Assembly (NCBI GenBank): GCA_963674755.2
Contig: CAXXVS010000001.1
Coordinates: forward strand, 576,001 to 640,000
Direction: 5' to 3'
Source: Desulfobacterales bacterium
GTDB lineage: Bacteria > Desulfobacterota > Desulfobacteria > Desulfobacterales > UBA5852
Length of the DNA: 64,000 nt
The translations under genes were made by a program, and so were the position numbers. Below are positions 9,671 through 19,111 of this stretch, one piece after another. The notes beneath the pieces were generated by a model. That model searched no databases. It was not told the origin of the DNA and saw only the letters and a program-made list of their open reading frames with translations. The first letter of the stretch is position 1; every line of letters starts with the position of its first letter.

Positions 9671-10049
9671 TCAAAAACACGATGCCAGAGAGCCCTTCGA
9701 GGCATTACACGGCCTTTCAAGATGAGGGATCTGCCGCCAGTCGAGCCTCAGGAGTCCGGCGGCCTGGCGATCGACTGCCACGGGATCGACCCCGGCGATA
9801 ATGGCGCCGGCGGGCGGATCACAGCAAGGACCTCCCAAATGAAAAGCGGACAGCCCCAGCGATGCTTCCATGACGCTTAGATCCGGTGCGCGGCAGGCGT
9901 TGAGCTCACGGATGCTCTGGTGTAACTCTTCGTGGAAGGCGGCTTTGCGCCAGGAGCCCCATCCTGTTTTTCAAGGAGCCGGTGATGTCGGCCAGGGAAT
10001 GGGCTTTGAGCACCGGGACCGAGACCAGGTAGTGCGTGAAAGCGATTTC
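9671..10049 (-). pseudogene. DUF362-family pseudogene (5'-truncated, frameshifted)
   Basis: One frame gives EIAFTHYLVSVPVLKAHSLADITGSLKNRMG; a second gives GSWRKAAFHEELHQSIRELN..PDLSVMEAS..IIAGVDPVAVD; frames switch near 9960; no N-terminal half. Confidence 0.75.
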
Positions 10050-10074
10050 CGATATCGGACAAATGACGCAACCG

Positions 10075-11112
10075 TCAGCGGAAACGGTTCATGTTGGGGC
10101 GCCGCACCACCTCCGGGGCCTGGTCGAAGAAGCCTTCCAGGGTATCCCGCACGGCATCCATGCCCTGGGCCCGCATCAAGCGGGCATAGAGGGCGTGCCC
10201 GTAGAGAAAATTGGCGGAGAAGTAGCTGGCATAGCGCCGGAATCGCCGCAGGGCGGTGGCGGGCAGGTAATAGCGCTCCAGCAGATGGGTCAACTGTCGG
10301 GCACATTCCCGGTAGATCGCCGGGGGCGGCACCAGACGCCCGGTCCATTCGCCGAAGATCCAGGGCTTGGCCAGTGCCAGGCGGCCCAGGGCCACGCCGT
10401 CGCAGCCGGTGGTGCGCACCAGGCGCTCGCAGTCGGCCAGGTCGAAAACGTCGCCGTTGCCGAAAACCGGAATCTTCACGGCGGCTTTGATCTCGCCGAT
10501 ATAGGCCCATTTGGGCGGCCGGGTGCGGCGGTCCGGGGCCACCCGGGGATGGAAAGTCAGGGCATCGGCTCCGGCGGCCTCGAAGCGGCGAGCCAGGGCC
10601 ACCGCCGCCGCAGGCCGGTCTTCCCAACCGGTGCGGAATTTCACGAAAAGGGGAATATCCACCGCCCGTCGCACCGCGGCGACGATGGCCGCGGCCTTTT
10701 CCGGCTGCCGCAGCAGGGCCGCCCCGCAGCCTTTGCGGCAGACCGCGGCCACCGAGCAGCCGAAGTTGAGGTCCACCCCGAAAAACCCCTCCGCTTCGAT
10801 AATGGCGGCCGCCCGGGCCATGGCCTCCGGGTCGTTCCCGAAGATCTGGCACACCACCTCCTGGAGATTTTCCCCGGCGTGCCACATGAAGCCTCCCTGG
10901 TCGTGGCCGTTGCCGCAGGGCACCGAGCGGGCCCAGCACATCTCGGAGAACAGCAGGCCATAGCCGCCGTAGCCGGCGACCACCTGGCGAAAAGCGGTAT
11001 TGCCCAGTTTGGAGAGCGGTGCCAGGAACAGGCGGCCGGGAATCCGGCGGCCCCGCAGGGTTAAGGGCTGCCGCAGGAAGGCGGCAATGGTGTCGGTTGT
11101 TTCAGACGGCAT
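10075..11112 (-). CDS. tRNA-dihydrouridine synthase family protein
   Basis: LAPL, QIFGND, DLNFGCS, GCGAALL, VKFRTGW, FHPR, GNGDV, VALGR. Confidence 0.9.
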   Translation of the reverse strand: MPSETTDTIAAFLRQPLTLRGRRIPGRLFLAPLSKLGNTAFRQVVAGYGGYGLLFSEMCWARSVPCGNGHDQGGFMWHAGENLQEVVCQIFGNDPEAMARAAAIIEAEGFFGVDLNFGCSVAAVCRKGCGAALLRQPEKAAAIVAAVRRAVDIPLFVKFRTGWEDRPAAAVALARRFEAAGADALTFHPRVAPDRRTRPPKWAYIGEIKAAVKIPVFGNGDVFDLADCERLVRTTGCDGVALGRLALAKPWIFGEWTGRLVPPPAIYRECARQLTHLLERYYLPATALRRFRRYASYFSANFLYGHALYARLMRAQGMDAVRDTLEGFFDQAPEVVRRPNMNRFR

Positions 11113-11220
11113 GGTTCCAAGACGTCTCGGTGGAGCGATTTCGCAGGGAGAGGCATGGTTTCACAGGACGTCCGAAATGGTCAACCCGCGAAGCGGGCGG
11201 CCAACCGGATGCCCGGGGGA

Positions 11221-12699
11221 TCAGCGCTCGCCATAGATCAGGTCGAAGAGCCGATCGGCCTGCTGCGCATCCAGTTTTTTAAGGATCTTGTATTCCTCCA
11301 AGGCGGCATGGCGCTCGCCGCGGCGCAGGAAGTAAAGACCCATGTTGTAATGGGCTTCGACAAAGTCCGGGTTGATGCGCAGCGCTTCCTTGTAGGCGTT
11401 GGCCTCCTGGCGGTCATTGCCCATGTTGGCGTAGATCAGCCCCAGGGCGAAATGGGCCGGGGCGAAATCCGGCTTGAGCGCCAGGACCTTTTGCTGGGCG
11501 TCCAGGGCGTCTGCGTACTGGCCGAGCCGGTTGCAGACCAGGCCCAGGCGGAAGTAGGCCGGGTAGAATTCAGGGTTCTGGGCGATAATGTCGCTGTAAG
11601 CCTGCTTTTCCTCCCCGGTTCGGCCCATCTGGCCCAGCGTCTCCCCCATCTCCAGGCGGGAAGGAATGTGTTTGGGATCGACGCCCAGAGCGTCCTGGAA
11701 GGTCGCCAGGGCGGATTCATAGCGGCCCAGCTGCCGGTAATAGATCGCCAGGTTGTAGTAGGCGTTGACATTGAGAGGGTCGGTGTGGATGACCTGACGG
11801 TAGGCGTCGATGGCTTCTTCGGGCTGTTCCAGACCGATGTAGCAGTTGCCCAGCCCGAACCAGGCGTTGGTGTCGTCCGGGTGGGTTTCAACGGCTTCCT
11901 GAAAATAGGTCAGGGCCTTTTTGTACTGTCCGCGGATGGTGAAGCGGAAGCCCTCCCGGCAGAGGTTTTGTACTTCCTTGGGATTGTCCTTGATCCGGGC
12001 ATAGGCCCACTCCCCAAGGGACGGTTGGGGGTCGTTGGCTTTCAATTTCGGCAGGTTGGTGCTGGCAATGGCAAAATTCAGATTCTGTCCCACCCGGGAC
12101 TGGAAAGAAATCACACCCAGCACCTCCCCGCGCCGATTGACCACCGGGCTGCCGCTGGACCCGCTGGAAATGGGGGCCGTGACCTGGAAAATAGCGCCCA
12201 CCTCGGGGATTTCCCGTATTGCCGATACGATGCCTTCGCTGACGGTTTGTTCCAGCCCCAGGGGGCTGCCCACCACCACGATGGGGTCGGCGATCTCCGG
12301 CAGGGTTTCGGTGATTTCCAGCCAGCGGCGGTGTTCGGCCGGTATATCCGCTGAAAGTTCGACCAGGTCCACCGTCTTGTTTTCGGCCAGAACGGAGATC
12401 ACCGGATAGGATTGACCCTCCCGGGTCTTGACGGTGGCCGCGTAGGCCCCTTCCAGCACGTGGTAGTTGGTGATCAGGTGGCCCTGGTTGTTGATGAAAA
12501 AGCCGGTTCCCAGACCGACGGGCTTCATATCCGGATCGAAGGTGCGGATGGTGACCACCGCCGCCTGCACCCGGTTCACCAACTGGTGGATGGCCACCGG
12601 CGGCTCCGGCCGCGGCGTCTTCCCGGCGCAGGCCACGAGCAGTCCCCCGATCAATAACAGGGCCGTCCATTGAAACGATTTTCCCGTCAAGGTTTTCAT
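11221..12699 (-). CDS. Lipoprotein with trypsin-like serine protease domain and C-terminal TPR repeats
   Basis: Lipobox LLVAC; GTGFFI..ITNYHV, DL, ISSGSSGSP triad; multiple TPR units. Confidence 0.88.
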   Translation of the reverse strand: MKTLTGKSFQWTALLLIGGLLVACAGKTPRPEPPVAIHQLVNRVQAAVVTIRTFDPDMKPVGLGTGFFINNQGHLITNYHVLEGAYAATVKTREGQSYPVISVLAENKTVDLVELSADIPAEHRRWLEITETLPEIADPIVVVGSPLGLEQTVSEGIVSAIREIPEVGAIFQVTAPISSGSSGSPVVNRRGEVLGVISFQSRVGQNLNFAIASTNLPKLKANDPQPSLGEWAYARIKDNPKEVQNLCREGFRFTIRGQYKKALTYFQEAVETHPDDTNAWFGLGNCYIGLEQPEEAIDAYRQVIHTDPLNVNAYYNLAIYYRQLGRYESALATFQDALGVDPKHIPSRLEMGETLGQMGRTGEEKQAYSDIIAQNPEFYPAYFRLGLVCNRLGQYADALDAQQKVLALKPDFAPAHFALGLIYANMGNDRQEANAYKEALRINPDFVEAHYNMGLYFLRRGERHAALEEYKILKKLDAQQADRLFDLIYGER

Positions 12700-12853
12700 T
12701 GTGCCTTATTCCATACTGGGGAGGGTTGGGAGCGTCGGTCCTCGCTTATACGATTACAATATGCGGCGACCCGCCGGCAGTGTCAATTGGCGATGGCGCT
12801 GGAATGTGAGACCGGCGCTGTGGACGGTCTTCGGCTGACCGGCCTGGCAGGGA

Positions 12854-14425
12854 TCAGACAATCGTGAGGCTTTTGGGGCCTGCGGACATGCGATCACCGT
12901 TTGCCCGGTCGCGCCGCACAGCTTCCGGCAGGTTTTCCAGGATGTCCCGGGCCGTGACGCCGTCGGCGCCCTTGGCCGCGGCCGCGATGTCGCCCGCCGC
13001 GCCGTGCAGGGCGACGCCCTTGCAGACCGCCATGTCGAGGGGCAGACCGGCGCCCCGCATGGTCGCAATGACCCCGGTCAGGACATCGCCCGCCCCGGCC
13101 GTCGCCATGGCATGGCTGCCGGTGGTGTTGATGAAGATCCGCCCGTCCGGGCAGCCGATGAGCGAATGAGCGCCTTTGAGCACCATATAGGCGTTCAGCC
13201 GGGCGGCGGTTTGCTGCAGGATGCCCACGGGGTCCTCCCGGATGGCCGCCACCGTCAGGCCCGTTAAACGGGCCATCTCGCCTAAGTGTGGGGTGAGTAC
13301 CGTTTCACCGGGCCGGTCCGCCAGGCTTTCCCTGGTCGTGCTGACGGCGGTCAGCCCGTCGCCGTCGATGAGCAGCGGCTGCGGCAGGGTTTCCACCAGG
13401 CGTCGGACGAGCCGGTCGGTCTCCTCGTCCCGGGACAGACCCGGACCGATGACCACCATGTCCCGGGAGCGGGCGGCCTCGATCAGGCGGTCCAGATTAT
13501 CGAGGGCCAGGCTGCCGGCCGCGGTTGCGACCTGGGGCAGGAAGACCAGCTCCGGTCCCAGGGCGCCGATGGTCGGCACGATGGCGGCCGGCGCGGCCAG
13601 GCGGGCATACCCCCCGCCGGATTTGAGCAGGGCCATGGCGGCCAGGAAGGGCGCCCCGAAATAGCCGGCGGCCCCGCAGATGAACAAAGCGTCGCCGAAG
13701 GAGCCCTTGTGACCGGCCGGATCACGGTCCGGCAGGGGCGGGGGCGCATTGAGGGCGATGGCCAGTTCGGAGGCCCGGGTCAGGGCCGGTGGAAATGAAA
13801 TGCGGGTCACAAAAAGGTCGCCTCCGTTGGCAAAGCCGGGATAGAGCAAATTGCCGACCTTGGGCAGCCCGAAGGTAACCGTCAGATCGGCCCGGATGGC
13901 GGTTCCCATGACCTGCCCGGTGTCGCCGTGGATGCCCGAGGGAATGTCCAGACTGACCACCGGCCGCCGGCTGGCATTGACACGTTCGATAACTTCGGCA
14001 TAGGCGCCCCGCACGGGCTTGGAGAGACCGGTGCCGAGAATAGCGTCCACCACGAGCTGGCCGGCGGCCAGGTCTTCATCCAGGGCCTCCGGCGAGGCAT
14101 AGGGCTGCACCGGAATGGCCAGACTTTGAATGATTTTCCAGTTGACCGCGGCTGCGCCCCGGTAGCGTTCCGGATCCCCCAGCAGCACCACTTTCGGCTT
14201 GCCGCCATCGGAGAAGATCTTACGGGCCACCACCAGACCGTCGCCGCCGTTGTTGCCGCTGCCGCAGAGCACCAGGATGCGCCGGCCGTTCACCGGGAAG
14301 CGCTCCCCCAGGACCCGGTAGGCGGCCAAGCCGGCGTTTTCCATCAAAAGGGTCTCGGGAATACCGTAGTCTTCGATGGCGCGGCGGTCCATGGCGCGCA
14401 TTTGGGAAACCGTAGCGATTTTCAT
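12854..14425 (-). CDS. nnr: Bifunctional NAD(P)H-hydrate epimerase/dehydratase (YjeF/Nnr)
   Basis: LMENAG, CGSGNNGGDG, DIPSG, GHKGSFG, TPHLGE, MATAGAGDVL. Confidence 0.93.
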   Translation of the reverse strand: MKIATVSQMRAMDRRAIEDYGIPETLLMENAGLAAYRVLGERFPVNGRRILVLCGSGNNGGDGLVVARKIFSDGGKPKVVLLGDPERYRGAAAVNWKIIQSLAIPVQPYASPEALDEDLAAGQLVVDAILGTGLSKPVRGAYAEVIERVNASRRPVVSLDIPSGIHGDTGQVMGTAIRADLTVTFGLPKVGNLLYPGFANGGDLFVTRISFPPALTRASELAIALNAPPPLPDRDPAGHKGSFGDALFICGAAGYFGAPFLAAMALLKSGGGYARLAAPAAIVPTIGALGPELVFLPQVATAAGSLALDNLDRLIEAARSRDMVVIGPGLSRDEETDRLVRRLVETLPQPLLIDGDGLTAVSTTRESLADRPGETVLTPHLGEMARLTGLTVAAIREDPVGILQQTAARLNAYMVLKGAHSLIGCPDGRIFINTTGSHAMATAGAGDVLTGVIATMRGAGLPLDMAVCKGVALHGAAGDIAAAAKGADGVTARDILENLPEAVRRDRANGDRMSAGPKSLTIV

Positions 14426-14558
14426 GATATTTTTCCTCAGGCGGCATAGCTGCCAGGCCCATAGATAATGGACGTCCGGTGCGGACGCTGATGATTTCCC
14501 CTACCAGACAAGCTTCGGGACGATCAAGGGAAAAGGGGATCGCCGGATGTCGAGATGC

Positions 14559-14587
14559 TTGACAAACCGGGCGGCCTCGGCTATGGG
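14559..14587 (+). promoter_or_regulatory. Putative sigma70 promoter of the leader-iorAB operon
   Basis: Perfect TTGACA, 17-nt spacer, weak -10 TATGGG. Confidence 0.5.
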
Positions 14588-14610
14588 CAAATGACTTGAG
14601 AGGAATCGGG

Positions 14611-14658
14611 ATGCAAATGATCATGGGCTACGGCAACTGGTGGTGGCCGGCAGTTTGA
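14611..14658 (+). CDS. Trp-rich leader peptide MQMIMGYGNWWWPAV (trpL-like)
   Basis: GAGAGGA RBS; three consecutive TGG codons just before the stop; overlaps attenuator helix 1. Confidence 0.85.
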   Translation: MQMIMGYGNWWWPAV

Positions 14659-14751
14659 AGCGGCTCGCCACCAGACCCTACATCCTTTAAAGAACAGGGC
14701 TGTGAGCGGCTTCAGCGTGAGGCGTTGGAGAAGTTCATGGCTCTTTTTTTT
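14637..14751 (+). promoter_or_regulatory. Ribosome-mediated transcription attenuator (helices 1:2, 2:3, 3:4 plus U-tract)
   Basis: CTGGTGGTG pairs with CGCCACCAG; GCTCGC..CCCT pairs with AGGG..GTGAGC; terminator AGGGCTGTGAGC-CTTCAGCG / CGTTGGAG-GTTCATGGCTCT followed by T8. Confidence 0.82.
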
Positions 14752-14894
14752 GACGGCTTCATAAATCGCTCAAAATCGGCGCTGTGCGGCCTTCGGCCCC
14801 GCGCTAGCGGTATTCCTCGTCGCGGCGGCGTTCTGATGCACGCCGCTCTCCTCGGAATTCGCACGCCGTATCTTGAACGGTTTATGAAGCCGTC
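14752..14894. repeat. Palindromic intergenic element (GACGG...CCGTC subtype)
   Basis: GACGGCTTCATAAA...TTTATGAAGCCGTC terminal IR; central CGGCGTTCTGATGCACGCCG hairpin; aligns with 20629-20755. Confidence 0.85.
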
Positions 14895-15022
14895 GGAATA
14901 GTTACGCTCCTCGAAACTCATTCCTTGGAGGAGCACCACGGGTTCGTCCCCTTCTGCTATCACCCGGTTGGATTCGGTGGGACCGATCGCACGAAGAAAC
15001 TGGAACGAGGAAATTTCAAACG

Positions 15023-16831
15023 ATGCGCCGATTGATGTTGGGCAATGAAGCGATCGCCCGGGGACTGCTGGAAAACGGCTGCGCCATGGCCACCTCCTAC
15101 CCCGGCACGCCCGCTTCGGAAATCTTGGCTTCCCTGGCGGCCATGCGCACGGCCGAGCAGGTCGACATGCACGTGCAGTGGGCCGTCAACGAAAAGGTGG
15201 CCTTCGAAATCGCCTATGCCGGGGCCATGAGCGGTTTGCGCACGGCGGTCAGCATGAAGCAGGTGGGCCTCAACGTGGCCTCGGACCCCTTGATGAGCGC
15301 AGCCTACATGGGCACCAAGGGCGGGTTCGTGGTGATCAGCGCCGACGATCCCGGTCCCCACTCGTCCCAGACCGAGCAGGACAGCCGCATGATGGCCATG
15401 ATGGCCAAGATCCCGGTCCTGGATCCGGATTCCCCCCAACAGGCCAAAGCCATGGTGGCGCTGGCTTTCGATCTGTCGGAGGCCTTTGAGATCCCGGTCA
15501 TGGTGCGGCCCACCACCCGGGTATGCCACGCCCGCCAGGACATCGCCCTGGATGCCCTGACGCCCCTTGGTCGTCAGCCGGTATTCGAGCGCAATCCCGC
15601 CCGCTGGGCGGCCACGCCCAAGTTTCGGTACCATCTGCACGGGGAGCTGGAAGACAAGCTGGCCAAGATCGCGGCCTATGAGGCCACCGCTCCGGTTCAG
15701 CTCAACCCCCACGTCACCGGCCCCCAGGCCGTGGTCGCGGCCGGTGTGGCCCTGGCCCACACGATGGAAATCATGCGGGGGCTGGGGCTGTGGGATACTC
15801 TGCCCATCTACCAGGTGCGCCAGCCCTATCCCCTGCACACGGACTTCATCGCCCGGCTGGAAGACGCCCATGCCTCGCTCCTGGTGATCGAAGAGACCAC
15901 GGGCATGATCGAGATGCAGTTGGGGGACCGCCATCGGGTGGCCGGCAAACAAAGCGGGGCCGTGCCCCGGGTGGGTGAGCTGGCGCCGGAAGCCATCGAA
16001 GACATTTTATGCCGTTTCAGCGGACGATCCCGTACCGTCGCGCGGCCGCCGGCCGTGGCCGGCCGACGGCCGACCCTGTGTGCCGGATGCCCCCACCGGG
16101 CCAGTTTTTTTGCCATCAAGAAAGCGGCCCCCCGGGCCATCTACACGAGTGATATCGGCTGCTACACCCTGGGACTGAACCTGGGGGCCGTGGATACGGT
16201 GTTGTGCATGGGGGCCGCCATCAGCCAGGCGGCCGGCTTCTATCACGCGTTCAAGGACCAGGCCAAACCCCGGGACGTGGTGGCCACGATCGGGGATTCC
16301 ACCTTCTTCCATGCCGGTTTGCCGGCCCTGGTGGATGCGGTGGCCCATCGGGTCAAGATGGTGCTGGTCATCCTGGACAACCGTACCACGGCCATGACCG
16401 GCAACCAGCCCACTCCGGAAAGCGGGTGGGGGGCCTGCGGCGAACCGTTGCAGGCCGTCAACCTGGAACAATTGGTGCGCGGCTGCGGCGTCGACTTCGT
16501 GCGGGTGGCCGACCCCTACCGGACCGAGGCCCTGATCAAGGTTCTCAAGGAAGCCCTGGCCCATAGCCGGGAGACCGCAGCGCCGGCGGTGGTCATCTCC
16601 CGGGCCCCCTGTCTGATCGACAAACAGGCCACGCTCACCAAAAGCACGGGCGCGCCCCCTGTTGTAAGCGATGTGTGCGACGGCTGCGGATATTGCGTCC
16701 AGCAGTTCGAGTGCCCGGCCATCGTCATGGCCGAAGACGAATCCCATGTGACCATCGACTCCGTGCTGTGCAGCGGATGCGGTGTGTGCGCGCAGGTCTG
16801 CCCGAAGCATGCCATCCGAGGCGACGCTTAG
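15023..16831 (+). CDS. iorA: Indolepyruvate:ferredoxin oxidoreductase alpha subunit
   Basis: [64 protein letters not shown], two C-terminal 4Fe-4S motifs. Confidence 0.95.
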   Translation: MRRLMLGNEAIARGLLENGCAMATSYPGTPASEILASLAAMRTAEQVDMHVQWAVNEKVAFEIAYAGAMSGLRTAVSMKQVGLNVASDPLMSAAYMGTKGGFVVISADDPGPHSSQTEQDSRMMAMMAKIPVLDPDSPQQAKAMVALAFDLSEAFEIPVMVRPTTRVCHARQDIALDALTPLGRQPVFERNPARWAATPKFRYHLHGELEDKLAKIAAYEATAPVQLNPHVTGPQAVVAAGVALAHTMEIMRGLGLWDTLPIYQVRQPYPLHTDFIARLEDAHASLLVIEETTGMIEMQLGDRHRVAGKQSGAVPRVGELAPEAIEDILCRFSGRSRTVARPPAVAGRRPTLCAGCPHRASFFAIKKAAPRAIYTSDIGCYTLGLNLGAVDTVLCMGAAISQAAGFYHAFKDQAKPRDVVATIGDSTFFHAGLPALVDAVAHRVKMVLVILDNRTTAMTGNQPTPESGWGACGEPLQAVNLEQLVRGCGVDFVRVADPYRTEALIKVLKEALAHSRETAAPAVVISRAPCLIDKQATLTKSTGAPPVVSDVCDGCGYCVQQFECPAIVMAEDESHVTIDSVLCSGCGVCAQVCPKHAIRGDA

Positions 16832-16879
16832 GGCCGGTGATCGTTTTGACGAAAGAAGATCGAGAGTGAAGGAAGTCCT

Positions 16880-17434
16880 ATGACGGAAACGACGCGCCAG
16901 CAGGTGGTCATCAGTGGAGTGGGAGGCCAGGGGGTGCTGTTCGTTACACGCCTGCTGGCGGAAGCCGCCATTCGCAAAGGGTTGCCGGTCCTGACATCGG
17001 AAACCCATGGCATGGCCCAGCGGGGCGGTACGGTTATCTCCCACTTGAAGGTGGGCGATTTTACCAGCCCCCTGATCCGTAGCGGGCATGCCGATGTCCT
17101 ATTGGCCCTGAAGGCCGAAGGCGCCGCCCAGCACGGTCATTATCTGCATGACGGGGGATGGGCGCTGGTCAATGACCGTCACGGCAAAGAGGATACGGCA
17201 GGCGGTTGCTGGCAACGGCTGGATGCCGATCGCCTGGCGCAGGATAGCGGCAACCCGCGGGCCGTCAACCTGGTGGTCCTGGGCGGGGCGCTGGACCAAT
17301 CGGCGCCGTTGCCGCTGTTTTGCACCTTGAACGATATTCAGGCGGTTCTGGCAGCGCGCCTGGCCGCCAAACCGGATTTGTTGGAGATGTCCCGCAAGGC
17401 GCTGGCGGCAGGGTTGCAGGCGGTTGCCCCCTGA
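16880..17434 (+). CDS. iorB: Indolepyruvate:ferredoxin oxidoreductase beta subunit
   Basis: GVGGQG and SETHGMAQRGGTV. Confidence 0.92.
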   Translation: MTETTRQQVVISGVGGQGVLFVTRLLAEAAIRKGLPVLTSETHGMAQRGGTVISHLKVGDFTSPLIRSGHADVLLALKAEGAAQHGHYLHDGGWALVNDRHGKEDTAGGCWQRLDADRLAQDSGNPRAVNLVVLGGALDQSAPLPLFCTLNDIQAVLAARLAAKPDLLEMSRKALAAGLQAVAP

Positions 17435-17534
17435 GGGACCCGTAAGAGGGGAAAAGCCCGCGAGTGCCCATCATTAATCGCAGTCACACCGGTGCCCGGC
17501 ACCGGTGTACTGAAGGGGTGGAGGAGAGCGAACG

Positions 17535-18554
17535 ATGAGAAGAAAATCAGTTGCATGGACGACGCTGGGCCTGCTCGTTGGGGTGCTGAGCCTGCTTTTG
17601 ATGCCGGGGGCGGTCAGTGCCGGGACGATCACCTTGAGCTATGCCAATTTCCCGCCGGCCCCGACCTTTCCCTGTGTCCAGATGGAGCGCTGGAAGACCG
17701 AGGTGGAAAAGCGCACCAACGGGCAGGTGGCCATCAAGACCTATCCCGGCGGCACCCTGCTGGGCGCCAAGGAAATGATGGACGGCGTGATTGCCGGCCA
17801 GGCCGACATCGGCAACCTGTGCATGGCCTACCAGCCCGGCCGCTTCATCGTGACCAACGCCACCAGCCTGCCGCTGGGTATCCCCAACGCCCGTACGGGC
17901 AGCCTGGTTCTCTGGGCGCTTTATAACAAATACCACCCCAAGGCCTTTAGCCAAGTGAAGGTGCTCACCATGTTTACCACGGCACCGGCCAATATCATGT
18001 CGAAAACCCCCGTACGCAGTCTCGACGATATCAAAGGCCTGGATCTGCGCGCTTCCGGCGGGGCCGCCCAGATCCTGAAAGCCTGGGGCGCCAACCAGGT
18101 GGGCATGCCCATGTCGGCCACGCCGGAAGCCTTGCAGAAAGGTGTCGTACAGGGGCTTTTTTCCTCCCTGGAAGTCATGAAAGACCTCAAATTTGCTGAA
18201 ATTTGCCGCTATGTCACCATGACGGACACCGTCATCTACCCCTTTGCCGTGGTCATGAACATGGACCGCTGGCAGGCCCTGCCGCCGGATGTCCAGAAGG
18301 TGATGGACGACCTGGCCGAGGAACAGGCCGAATGGACCGGTGCTTACATGGATCAGCATGTGAAGGAAGCCATGGATTGGTCGGTCAAGGAATATAAGGT
18401 GGACGTCATCCAGCTGGACGCCAAGGCCAAGGCCGCCTGGGACCAGAAGCTGAAGTTCATCACGGACCAGTGGATGGCCGACGCCAAGGCCAAGGGGTTT
18501 CCCGCCGAAGCCATCGTGACCGACATCCGGAAGCTGACGGAACAATATCAATAG
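17535..18554 (+). CDS. dctP: TRAP transporter substrate-binding protein
   Basis: Signal peptide; EVEKRTNG..YPGGTL, DDIKGLDLR, EALQKGVVQG, WQALPPDVQ. Confidence 0.92.
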   Translation: MRRKSVAWTTLGLLVGVLSLLLMPGAVSAGTITLSYANFPPAPTFPCVQMERWKTEVEKRTNGQVAIKTYPGGTLLGAKEMMDGVIAGQADIGNLCMAYQPGRFIVTNATSLPLGIPNARTGSLVLWALYNKYHPKAFSQVKVLTMFTTAPANIMSKTPVRSLDDIKGLDLRASGGAAQILKAWGANQVGMPMSATPEALQKGVVQGLFSSLEVMKDLKFAEICRYVTMTDTVIYPFAVVMNMDRWQALPPDVQKVMDDLAEEQAEWTGAYMDQHVKEAMDWSVKEYKVDVIQLDAKAKAAWDQKLKFITDQWMADAKAKGFPAEAIVTDIRKLTEQYQ

Positions 18555-18570
18555 AAACATCAGGCCAGCG

Positions 18571-18605
18571 GGGCCGCAATCGTCGCCGGCGATTGCGGCC
18601 CTTTT
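18571..18605 (+). terminator. Stem-loop after dctP (partial terminator or mRNA stabiliser)
   Basis: GGGCCGCAATCG-TCGCCGG-CGATTGCGGCCC followed by TTTT. Confidence 0.6.
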
Positions 18606-18619
18606 GTTGAGGGGGCACC

Positions 18620-19111
18620 ATGGCAGTCCTGGAGCGCGTCACGCGTTTGCTGAACCGGCTGTTCGTTTTTTGCGGCGGCATGTTCCTGGTGGGCATGATC
18701 CTGCTCACCTGTGCCAATATCGCCTGCCGGGCCGTGTGGGAGCCGATTCGGGGCACGTTCGAACTGATGGGCTATTTCGGGGCCGTAGCCACCGCCGCGG
18801 CCCTGGCCTTTACCCAGATCAACCACGGCCATATCGCCGTCAATGTGTTGATCAACCACTTTTCCCCCAAGACCCGCCGATGCCTGAACGCCTTCAACAA
18901 CGCGACCTGCGCCCTTTTCTTCGCCGTGATCGCCTGGCAGATCGGATTGAAGGCTCATGGGTTCATGCAGACGGGTGAGGTGTCGGAAACCCTGCGGGTG
19001 ATTTTTTATCCCTTCACCTATATGGTGGCCGCCGGCTGCGGGGTGATCGCGCTGGTGTTTGTGGTGGATCTGCTCCGGCCGCTGCGTTCCGGCCCGGGAG
19101 ACCCGCCATGA
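18620..19111 (+). CDS. dctQ: TRAP transporter small permease
   Basis: Four TM helices, GHIAVN motif, position between dctP and dctM. Confidence 0.9.
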   Translation: MAVLERVTRLLNRLFVFCGGMFLVGMILLTCANIACRAVWEPIRGTFELMGYFGAVATAAALAFTQINHGHIAVNVLINHFSPKTRRCLNAFNNATCALFFAVIAWQIGLKAHGFMQTGEVSETLRVIFYPFTYMVAAGCGVIALVFVVDLLRPLRSGPGDPP

